64,000 nucleotides of DNA from Syntrophaceae bacterium (lineage in GTDB: Bacteria > Desulfobacterota > Syntrophia > Syntrophales > Smithellaceae): positions 81 through 64,080 of the forward strand of contig JANXZU010000032.1 in assembly GCA_025355345.1 (NCBI GenBank), given 5' to 3'. The notes beneath the pieces are model-generated. The model was not told the origin of the DNA. It saw only the letters and a program-made list of their open reading frames with translations, and made no database searches. The translations under genes were made by a program, and so were the position numbers. How positions within the stretch are numbered: the first letter of the stretch is position 1; every line of letters begins with the position of its first letter. Positions 19,205 to 27,896 of the stretch are shown here, in pieces.

Positions 19205-20674
19205 TTAATGTTTATTTCTTGGCCGTGGTCGTGGCCTTGTCATTGCTGTTTTTGGTTTTGGCTTAGGTTTAGATATGTCATCTTCCTCAGTTCCGGAAAC
19301 CGGTTGAACCGGCATCGCGTGGAGCGATTGTTGATAATAATCATCCAGAAGCATGGCAATCAGCGCCGAATCATCATCCGATTGCGCTAAATTTTTCGCC
19401 AGAGGCAGAAAACGCTGCATACGTTCAACTTGAATAGTATCGCGGGCATGCATACGAGATTCCAGTAGCGCTGTGATCCTTTCGGCAACAACTCTTTCCA
19501 ATTCCTCATCACTGGCCAGCTGGCGCTCTTCCATATTAATATTATAAAAACGGGCAATGTTTTGCAACTTGAATTTTTCCATTTCCGCGACAAGCGAAAT
19601 TGCCACACCACTTGAACCCATTCTCCCGGTGCGGCCGGCACGATGAATATATGCCTCCGGGTCTTCGGGCGGCTCATACTGGATAACATGCGAAAGTTCG
19701 GGAATGTCAATGCCTCTTGCTGCGACATCTGTTGCCACTAAAAAACGCAGCGCGCCGCGCTTGACCCGGGCCATGACCTTTTCCCTCGCGCTCTGCGCAA
19801 GATCGGAGCTAAGTTCATCGGCATCATAGCCAAACCGCTTCAGGACTACCGAAAGATAATGAACAGTGTCTTTGGTATTGCAAAAGATGATGGCGGAAGC
19901 CGGGTTTTCAATTTCAATAATCCGCACCAATGATCTTTCCTTGCGCATACCCGGGACTACATAATATATGTGCTCGATTTCCGCTATATGGACCTGATTA
20001 CCACTTAAACTCAGTAATTGCGGTTTTCGCAGGAATTGATCGGCAAGCCGGATAACCTGAGGAGGAAACGTTGCCGAAAACATGCTGCTGGATATTTCGC
20101 GCGTTGGCATGTATTTGCGGATTTTCACCATATCCGGATAAAAACCCATGGATAGCATGCGGTCAGCTTCATCGAAAATCAATATCTTCAAATGATCCAG
20201 AGAAAGAGTGTTTTTCAGCAGATGATCTAAAATTCTTCCCGGCGTGCCCACAACAAGCTGAGCGCCACCGCGGAAAGCTTCCAGTTGAGCATTGTAACCC
20301 ACTCCGCCGTAAACTACTGCCGTTCTCAAATTCGTCCCTTGTGTCAGCATTTGAGCCTCCAGGGATACCTGCAGGGCAAGTTCACGCGTGGGCACCAGCA
20401 CCATAGCCTGGGCGAAATTTTTCTCCATATCTATTTTTTGCATAATAGGCAAAACATAGGCGCCTGTTTTGCCGCTGCCGGTTCGTGATTGCACCAGCAT
20501 TTCGCGACCGGCAAGAAGATACGGTATTGATTTGGCCTGCACCGGAGTCAGGCTTGTCCAACCTGCACGCTGACAAGCTTCCCGCATCGCAGGCGATAGC
20601 TCCTCAAAGGATATTTCGGCGGGGGCGTCTGCCGGTTCAATTGTCTTATCTTCGTCTAGCTTATTTTCTTCCAT
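19205..20674 (-). CDS. DEAD-box ATP-dependent RNA helicase
   Basis: Q-motif TPVQ, SRTGSGKT, DEAD, SAT and HRAGRTGR motifs, with a basic C-terminal tail. Confidence 0.9.
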   Translation of the reverse strand: MEENKLDEDKTIEPADAPAEISFEELSPAMREACQRAGWTSLTPVQAKSIPYLLAGREMLVQSRTGSGKTGAYVLPIMQKIDMEKNFAQAMVLVPTRELALQVSLEAQMLTQGTNLRTAVVYGGVGYNAQLEAFRGGAQLVVGTPGRILDHLLKNTLSLDHLKILIFDEADRMLSMGFYPDMVKIRKYMPTREISSSMFSATFPPQVIRLADQFLRKPQLLSLSGNQVHIAEIEHIYYVVPGMRKERSLVRIIEIENPASAIIFCNTKDTVHYLSVVLKRFGYDADELSSDLAQSAREKVMARVKRGALRFLVATDVAARGIDIPELSHVIQYEPPEDPEAYIHRAGRTGRMGSSGVAISLVAEMEKFKLQNIARFYNINMEERQLASDEELERVVAERITALLESRMHARDTIQVERMQRFLPLAKNLAQSDDDSALIAMLLDDYYQQSLHAMPVQPVSGTEEDDISKPKPKPKTAMTRPRPRPRNKH

Positions 20675-21050
20675 AAAACCCCTAACCTTTCATAAATAAA
20701 TTAATTACTATTCATTAATTAGTTTACTGTCGCTCAGGAATCAAGGAAAAAATTCAATTTCCCAAATACATAATGTCTTTTCAAAGAGGATTTAGTGGGC
20801 ACAAAGATAAATCTTGACACGCGCTTTATATTAATATAGGCTACTTACAACTAGCAAGAGGCTTTTGAGCCCCACCCTTTGGAGAGTTTCAAGTATTCAA
20901 ACAAACAAACCGATAATAAATCAGTAACTGCAAACAAACTCGTGAATATCTTTGTACGCTTCTTGGAAAGTTATGCAGAATCAGCAGATAAAACTCATCA
21001 TAACAACATTTTACGTTGCCTAATAAAGAATCTAAAGTAAGGAAGTATTT

Positions 21051-22298
21051 ATGAATATTGAAGACATTAAAAGATTGCCGATCAGCGAGCTCAATAATTT
21101 AGCTAAAGATTTAAATGTTCCCGGTGCCAGCGGTATGCGCCGCCAGGATTTGATCTTTGCCATTTTACAAACGCAGGCTGAGCAAAATGGCGCGATCTCC
21201 GGTTCGGGTGTATTAGAAATCTTACCCGATGGTTTTGGTTTCTTACGCGCTGTAGATTACAATTATCTGCCCAGCCCGGATGATATTTATATATCTCCCT
21301 CGCAGATTCGGAGATTTAATTTAAAAACGGGCGATACAATTTCCGGTGAAGTGCGGCCTCCTAAGGAAGGTGAAAAGTATTTCGCCCTGCTCAAAGTTGA
21401 TACAGTAAACTTTGAAAGCCCCGAACAAGCCCGCGACAAAATTCTTTTTGATAACCTGACACCTCTTTATCCTTTAGAAAAATTAAATCTGGAACATGAT
21501 CCGGAAAATTATTCCACTCGAACGCTTGATTTGTTTGCACCCATCGGCAAGGGGCAGCGCGGACTGATAGTATCTCCGCCTCGCGCCGGTAAAACAGTCC
21601 TGTTGCAGGATATTGCGCACAGCATTACAGCAAATCATAAAGAAGTAGTTTTAATGGTGCTTTTAATTGATGAACGGCCGGAAGAAGTAACCGACATGCA
21701 GCGCAGCGTTGCCGGTGAAGTAATTTCATCCACATTTGATGAACCGGCTTCCCGTCACGTGCAGGTAGCAGAAATGGTTATTGAAAAAGCCAAGCGCCTC
21801 GTTGAACATAAAAAAGATGTGGTCATTTTGCTGGATTCTATCACCCGCCTGGCGCGAGCCTATAACACTGTCGTTCCGCCCAGCGGAAAAGTTCTTTCCG
21901 GCGGTGTCGATTCCAATGCACTGCACAAACCCAAGCGATTCTTTGGCGCGGCCAGAAATATCGAAAACGGCGGCAGCCTGACGATTATTTCCACCGCGCT
22001 GATCGATACCGGCAGCAGGATGGACGAAGTTATCTTCGAAGAATTCAAAGGAACGGGCAATATGGAATTGCATTTGGATCGTCGCATTGCCGATCGCCGA
22101 ATCTTCCCCGCTTTTGATTTGATCCGTTCGGGAACAAGAAAAGAAGAATTGCTGATTCCCAAGGTAAATTTAAACCGCATCTGGATATTGCGCAGGTTGT
22201 TGCAGGAAATGAATCCTGTGGACGCCATGGAATTCATCATCGGCAAAATCAAAAAAACAACAACGAACCAGGAGTTTCTGGATTCAATGAATTCGTAA
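21051..22298 (+). CDS. rho: transcription termination factor Rho
   Basis: N-terminal RNA-binding domain (GFGFLR), Walker A PPRAGKT, and C-terminal [17 protein letters not shown]. Confidence 0.97.
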   Translation: MNIEDIKRLPISELNNLAKDLNVPGASGMRRQDLIFAILQTQAEQNGAISGSGVLEILPDGFGFLRAVDYNYLPSPDDIYISPSQIRRFNLKTGDTISGEVRPPKEGEKYFALLKVDTVNFESPEQARDKILFDNLTPLYPLEKLNLEHDPENYSTRTLDLFAPIGKGQRGLIVSPPRAGKTVLLQDIAHSITANHKEVVLMVLLIDERPEEVTDMQRSVAGEVISSTFDEPASRHVQVAEMVIEKAKRLVEHKKDVVILLDSITRLARAYNTVVPPSGKVLSGGVDSNALHKPKRFFGAARNIENGGSLTIISTALIDTGSRMDEVIFEEFKGTGNMELHLDRRIADRRIFPAFDLIRSGTRKEELLIPKVNLNRIWILRRLLQEMNPVDAMEFIIGKIKKTTTNQEFLDSMNS

Positions 22299-22414
22299 CA
22301 AGAAATATTATCTTGAATTTTCATTGCATATATTATAAGGCAGCCAAAACGCTGTAAAAATAGATTTTTTAAACATTATTAGCCAGTGCTAAAGGACGAG
22401 GGGGAGTAAGAAAA

Positions 22415-22651
22415 ATGAAAGAAGGCATTCATCCACAATATAAAGAAGCAACAATTACTTGTGTTTGCGGAAATGTTATTGAAACAAAGTCAACTAAAAA
22501 AGACATTAAAATAGAAATATGCTCAAACTGCCATCCATTTATAACCGGCAAGCAAAAGATCATGGATACGGCAGGGCGCGTGGAACGATTCAAGAAACGG
22601 TACGCGACAAAAGCAGAGAGCCCGACGACACCTGCGAAAACAACAAAATAA
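22415..22651 (+). CDS. rpmE: 50S ribosomal protein L31 (Zn-ribbon type)
   Basis: MKEGIHPQY...CVCG...[25 protein letters not shown]. Confidence 0.95.
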   Translation: MKEGIHPQYKEATITCVCGNVIETKSTKKDIKIEICSNCHPFITGKQKIMDTAGRVERFKKRYATKAESPTTPAKTTK

Positions 22652-22743
22652 ACATCTACATCAGTTTTCATAATTGTAATCAGGCTCTATACTTTATGAG
22701 GATTTATCAAATTCCTTATCATTGTAATTGCCCCATACAGCGG

Positions 22744-22770
22744 AAAAGCGCACAATAAGTGCGCTTTTTT
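22744..22770 (+). terminator. rho-independent terminator after rpmE
   Basis: AAAAGCGCAC-aataa-GTGCGCTTTTTT. Confidence 0.75.
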
Positions 22771-22812
22771 CAAATAATGTTAACAATCTTGAATATAGCT
22801 TAAGCAAAAGTC

Positions 22813-23880
22813 ATGGAAATTATACTAGACAAACTGCGTGATATTGAACTCCGTTACCAGGAACTGGAGGGACAACTGAGCGACCCTCAGGTTGTTTCCA
22901 AACAGGGCTTGTATCAGAAATTTGCCAAGGAGCATGCAGACTTAAGTGAACTGGTTGAGATAATCCGCAAGTATGAAAAAGTTCGAGCCCGCATCGAAGA
23001 ATATCAGGGATTTCTTAAAGAGTCTGACGAAGAACTACAGGCAATGGTTAAAGAAGAAATGCCCCAGTTGCAGCAAGAAAAAATTGAACTGGAAGAAAAG
23101 ATCAGAATCCTGTTGCTGCCGACAGATCCCAATGATGATAAAAATGTCTTTCTGGAGATAAGGGCAGGAACCGGCGGCGATGAAGCAGGTATTTTTGTCG
23201 GCGATTTATTCCGGATGTACGCGCGCTATGCTGAAGCTCAAGGATGGAAAGTAGAAGTAGTCAGCAGTTCGCCAGCCGGTGGTATGGGCGGCTTCAAAGA
23301 AATCATCGCGCAACTTGATGGAAAAGGCGCTTATAGCCGCATGAAATACGAAAGCGGCGTCCACCGTGTTCAGCGCGTGCCCGTCACAGAAGCTCAGGGG
23401 CGTATTCATACTTCCGCCGTAACAGTGGCCATCATGCCCGAAGTGGAAGACGTGGAACTCAATATTGATCAAAACGAACTGCGGATTGATGTTTATCGTT
23501 CTACCGGACACGGCGGCCAGAGCGTCAATACAACAGATTCAGCGGTACGCATCACCCATTTACCTTCAGGACTCGTTGTCACCTGTCAGGACGAAAAATC
23601 CCAGCTCAAAAACAAAGCCAAAGCCATGAAAGTTCTGCGGGCACGACTGCTTGATGCCATGGTCCAGAAACAAAACGCAGAACAGGCACAGACCCGCAAA
23701 AGCCAGGTAGGCACAGGCGATCGTTCCGAACGAATCCGCACCTATAACTTCCCTCAGGGCCGCATCACCGATCACCGCATCAACATGACCCGCTATGATT
23801 TGGACAGTTTTATTAATGGCAACATCGGATCAATGATTGAAGCCCTTGCCTCACATCACCAGGCAGAATTACTGAAATAA
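22813..23880 (+). CDS. prfA: peptide chain release factor 1
   Basis: [12 protein letters not shown] (RF1 PxT-type tripeptide region) and the GGQ motif in [24 protein letters not shown]. Confidence 0.97.
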   Translation: MEIILDKLRDIELRYQELEGQLSDPQVVSKQGLYQKFAKEHADLSELVEIIRKYEKVRARIEEYQGFLKESDEELQAMVKEEMPQLQQEKIELEEKIRILLLPTDPNDDKNVFLEIRAGTGGDEAGIFVGDLFRMYARYAEAQGWKVEVVSSSPAGGMGGFKEIIAQLDGKGAYSRMKYESGVHRVQRVPVTEAQGRIHTSAVTVAIMPEVEDVELNIDQNELRIDVYRSTGHGGQSVNTTDSAVRITHLPSGLVVTCQDEKSQLKNKAKAMKVLRARLLDAMVQKQNAEQAQTRKSQVGTGDRSERIRTYNFPQGRITDHRINMTRYDLDSFINGNIGSMIEALASHHQAELLK

Positions 23881-24023
23881 TTAATAACAGCCGGAACTAA
23901 CCAGACAACCTAAAGGCGTTAGTCAAGAGCATGTCGTGAAATGCGAGGTCACACAACTTGACCCGTCAATATTATATTCTTGAATATCTGGTGTTAAATT
24001 AATTTTGAAATTCACACAAAATA

Positions 24024-24052
24024 ACAGCGCCCTGTGATAAGCAGGGCGCTGT
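24024..24052. terminator. bidirectional hairpin terminator between convergent prfA and the propeller gene
   Basis: ACAGCGCCCTG-tgataag-CAGGGCGCTGT with A/T-rich flanks. Confidence 0.6.
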
Positions 24053-24106
24053 CGGGAATTAATTCTTCAAGCGATGCCGCGTAACATGAGCAGCCGCTTG
24101 TGCAGG

Positions 24107-26113
24107 TTATTGAATAGAACCTGTAGTCACAATGGAATAGGGCTTAGTTCCGGTACCCGCGGTAGTCGGTGTTCCCGGCATCAATGTACCGAGGTCCTGA
24201 TTTATACTGAAAATGGAGATGGTGTTGGCACCGCTATTAGCCGCATAGGCAAATTTGCCGGAAGGGTCAATAGCAATGCTGAATGGCTGAAGACCGCAAC
24301 TTCTTGGTGATCCTGACGTTGCTTCCGTCAATGCTCCCGTAGTTTGATCAATAAGGTAAATCGAGATACTGCCACCACCATAATTAGCCGCATAAGCGTA
24401 TTTGCCTGTCGGATCAACTGTGATACTGTATGGTAATACTCCGGAAGCATAGGATCCTACCAAAGCCAAAACCCCGGTGGTCGGATTGATGGTATAGGCG
24501 GAGATACTGCCGGCACCGCTATTGGCCGCATAGGCGAATCTGCCGGAAGGATCAACTGTGACAGATATCGGAGATGTACCTGCTACCGCAGTCGTATCAG
24601 TTTTGCTGGTCAGTACCCCGGTAGTCGAATTTATGGAATAAGCTGAGATAGTGTTGCCATCGCTATTAGCGACATAGGCAAATCTGCCGGAAGGATCAAC
24701 TGTTACAGAATGAGGGCGTGATCCCGTGTCCGCCTTTACTCCAGCGGTCAATGCCCCGGTGGTCGAATTAATTGTATAAACTGATATACTGCCAAAAGGC
24801 GATAAAGGCTCCCCATAGTTTGCCGCATAGGCAAATCTTCCGTACGGGTCAACAGCAATGGACCGAGGATTTTTTACCGCAGCCACTGCTGTTCCGGCAG
24901 TTAATTCCCCTGTAGTCGAATTAATTGTATAAACTGATATATTGTCAGAATCGTTATTCGCCGCATAGGCAAATTTGGGCGTATAGGTAACAGCTGCGGT
25001 ACCGGACGTCATCGCCATTGCCTTCGGATTGATACGCGCCGAAATAATTCCCGCTGCGGTCAATGCCCCGGTAGTCTGATGAATGGTATAAACCGATATA
25101 TTGTTGGAACTGTTATTGGTCGCATAAGCGAATTTGCCGGATGGGTCAACTGTAATGCTGTCGGGACTTGATCCGGCAGCCACATGTGTTCCGACCACGG
25201 TTAATTCACCGGTAGTCTGATTGATGCTGTAAACTGAAACCCTGTCGTTCGCATCAAATGACACATAAGCAAACAGGCCTGATGGCGAAACGGTTATGCT
25301 ATAAGGAGCAATTCCTTGTGTGGAAACATCTTTTATTTCTACCGAGGTCAATCCCCCCCCAGCTCCAATGCTATAAACTGAGATACTGTTGCCGATACCT
25401 GTAGCCGCATAGAGAAATTTGCCGGAAGGGTCAACTGCGACGGATAGCGGCTGATCTCCGGCAAGCACGTTTGCAGGCGTCCCCGGGGTTAATACCCCGT
25501 TTGTCTGATTAATTGTAAATACCCAAATCTGGTCGCCAACAGAATCAGCCATGTAAAGATATTTTCCGGTCGGGTCAACAGTGACACAACGCGGCTGACT
25601 TCCGGTAGGTATCACATCTGCTCTGTCGGTCAATGCCCCGGTAGTCTGATTGATAATATAAGCTGAGATACTGGGCGAATTCAGATTGGCCACATACGCG
25701 AATCTGCCTGTCGGGTCAACTGTTACGGAAACCGGGTAAATTTGGGTAGCCGCAGTAGGCGTTGTACCCGGGGTCAATGCTCCGGTAATCTGATTAATGA
25801 GATAAATGGAGATAGTGTCGGACCCGCAATTCGCCACATAGGCGAATTTGTTGGCCGGATGAATAGCAACTGATGTAGGATTTGTTCCGGCGAGCACATA
25901 GCCATTATGACGCAATTGGCCTGTTGTGGCGTTGACTGAATAAATAGAAACGGTGTTATCACTCCAATTTGCCACATAGGCAAAGCGCGGGATATTAGTC
26001 ACGCCTCCGCCAGTGCCTCCACCTCCACAGCCTCCACCGCAACTGACAATAATCAGAGAACTGACAAATAATACTGATAGAATCTACATTTTAAACTGCC
26101 AACTTTTTTTCAT
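24107..26113 (-). CDS. beta-propeller repeat lipoprotein (lactonase/YVTN-like, about 13 blades); in-frame TAG at 26084-26086, possible pseudogene
   Basis: 13 repeats of the (K/R)FAY(V/A)AN...ISVY.IN.TTG.LT motif. Upstream and in frame, AGGAGA-N8-ATG at 26113 encodes MKKSWQFKM-TAG-ILSVLFVSSLIIVSCGGG (signal peptide plus lipobox). The track ORF starts at a GTG (26002). Confidence 0.75.
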
Positions 26114-26333
26114 TTCAATACTCTCCTTTTTTGTAGAATTTTGAAAATTATTATCTGGCGTATCTTATAGAATCAGCGGCAATTGATGTCAATAGGAAAT
26201 TGGCATCACCCGTGTCGAATATTTTGACGAACATAATCCCCTTGGCCGATTAGCCCTTGCGGATCGAACCCGCAAAACAATATCCAATATCCAAGGATTT
26301 ATTCTTTTCCGCCTTTCTTCTTCCCCTTCATTT

Positions 26334-27875
26334 TCAAATCCGCTCCGGTAATTTTTTTCTGACGAAATCGTAAAAGTGAGGATACTGGGCGAGGAAGGTG
26401 AATGCCCGCCTCAGAAGTTTGGGATTGATCTTCCAGGTTTCGATCAGACTTTTGAAGAACACGCCGCGCTCCGCAGGCGTTGCCAGAACCAGAAAGAAAA
26501 AGATCATGCGGACGCCGTGAGAAAACTGCTTAAAATCAAATTTTTTCTGTCCATACAGGGGGCTGAAATATTCCACATGCCGCAACCAGCCTTGCAGCCT
26601 TTCAGAGAAAAGTTCCGGCTGGTAAAGTTTTTTAAACAGCCGGCAATATCTGCGCAAAAGCTCATCGCGGCTGATCAGTTTTGGGATGATGTTAGTATAG
26701 AGTTGCCATTCCCCGGAAAAATCGTCGCCCAACAGGCGGCCTTCCTTCTCCATGCGGTCATACAGCGGCGTATGCCGGGGGGCGTTGAGCAGGCTGATGC
26801 CGACAATGGGGCTGGAAGTGCGGGTGAAAAAATCGTAGAGTTCGTCAAAGACGCTTTCATCATCGTGATCGAAGCCGACGATCATACCGAGAAAGGGCAT
26901 GATGCCGTAGCGGGATATCCTGCTTATGCGTTCAAAGATATCATATTTGAGATTGTGGACTTTCTTTACTTCTTCCAGACTGGCTCTCCGAGTCGTCTCG
27001 ACGCCGAGAAACAGCACAGAGAAGCGGGCATCGGCACACATCCGCAGCAGCTTTTCGTCATCGGCAATATCCACGGTGATCTGGGTGGAAAACGACAGGG
27101 GACGGGATTGCGCGGTGTTCCACCCGATGATGGCAGCAAGCAACTGTTCAGTAAAGGCTTTGTCCGCCAGAAAATTGTCGTCGGAGAAAAAAACGGTACG
27201 GGCGCCGATTTCATGCGCCTGCCGTATTTCCGCCATCACCTGTAAAACGGATTTGGTCCGCGGACTTCTTCCTACGTACTGGATTACATCGCAGAAATCG
27301 CAACCATGAGGGCAACCGCGACAGGTCTGCACGTTGATGTTGATGTAATCGTCAGCGACAATCAAAGACCAATCCGGTGCCGGGCTGTCTTTTAAATCAA
27401 TGTATGTCTCCTGCCGATAGACGGGTTTTGCCTTTCCCCGCGTCCATTCCCGAAGAAACGCCGGCCAGGTGTATTCAGCCTCGCCGACAAAAAGATAGTC
27501 CGCCAGATCGACGCATTGATCGGAGTTGATGCTGGCATAGGTGCCACCAAGTGCTACAGGGACGCCCCTTTGCCGAAATCCTCTGCATAGGTTGTGAATC
27601 CTTTTATTGTGCAGTGTCGCCCCCGTGACGGCCACCAGATCACAGGACATGTTCCAATTAAGTTTGGAAATATTTTCATCACACAAAACATACTCCACGT
27701 TGACATCGGACGGGGTCAGAGCCATGAGTGTGGCCAGCGCCGCGTTGGGCATAAGGGTCTTTGCCCCAAGAATGTTGACTGTACCCTGCATAGACCAGAA
27801 GTTTTCCGGATGCTTTGGCGCGATAAGATAGATGCGTTTAAAATGCTTACCGCTTCCGTATCGTTTTGTCTTCAT
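26334..27875 (-). CDS. B12-binding-domain radical SAM protein (class B, DUF4070-type C-terminus)
   Basis: N-terminal cobalamin-binding-like Rossmann segment and CRGCPHGCDFC (CxxxCxxC) cluster motif. It lies 21 nt downstream of the hybrid kinase stop. Confidence 0.8.
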   Translation of the reverse strand: MKTKRYGSGKHFKRIYLIAPKHPENFWSMQGTVNILGAKTLMPNAALATLMALTPSDVNVEYVLCDENISKLNWNMSCDLVAVTGATLHNKRIHNLCRGFRQRGVPVALGGTYASINSDQCVDLADYLFVGEAEYTWPAFLREWTRGKAKPVYRQETYIDLKDSPAPDWSLIVADDYININVQTCRGCPHGCDFCDVIQYVGRSPRTKSVLQVMAEIRQAHEIGARTVFFSDDNFLADKAFTEQLLAAIIGWNTAQSRPLSFSTQITVDIADDEKLLRMCADARFSVLFLGVETTRRASLEEVKKVHNLKYDIFERISRISRYGIMPFLGMIVGFDHDDESVFDELYDFFTRTSSPIVGISLLNAPRHTPLYDRMEKEGRLLGDDFSGEWQLYTNIIPKLISRDELLRRYCRLFKKLYQPELFSERLQGWLRHVEYFSPLYGQKKFDFKQFSHGVRMIFFFLVLATPAERGVFFKSLIETWKINPKLLRRAFTFLAQYPHFYDFVRKKLPERI

Positions 27876-27896
27876 GCTTAACTTATCCCGAGAATT

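Noticed and set aside
20814-20845. TTGACA followed by several AT-rich hexamers upstream of rho, considered as a candidate promoter.
   Set aside because: No -10 hexamer falls at a 16-18 nt spacing with a convincing match, so it cannot be supported from sequence alone.
26084-26086. The TAG was considered as a pyrrolysine or otherwise recoded codon.
   Set aside because: TAG terminates several conserved genes in this window at their expected ends (gdhA, murA, hisD). No pyl genes or PYLIS-like context are visible. It is kept only as a lesion to verify.
26257-26275. Hairpin whose reverse complement (TTGCGG-GTTCGAT-CCGCAA) resembles a tRNA T-arm. It could be a tRNA-fragment att site at the island edge.
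   Set aside because: No acceptor, D or anticodon arms can be built from the flanks. No tRNA gene or direct-repeat partner exists in the window. The loop register does not fit TTCRANY cleanly.
26376-27245. 289-aa plus-strand ORF, and many similar 60-180-aa ORFs in the track (e.g. 32390-32935, 15070-15486, 28119-29943, 21860-22324).
   Set aside because: They lie entirely antisense to, or out of frame within, long ORFs with strong family signatures. They have low-complexity Arg/Pro/Ser-rich translations and lack an SD plus ATG context, so they are treated as shadow ORFs.
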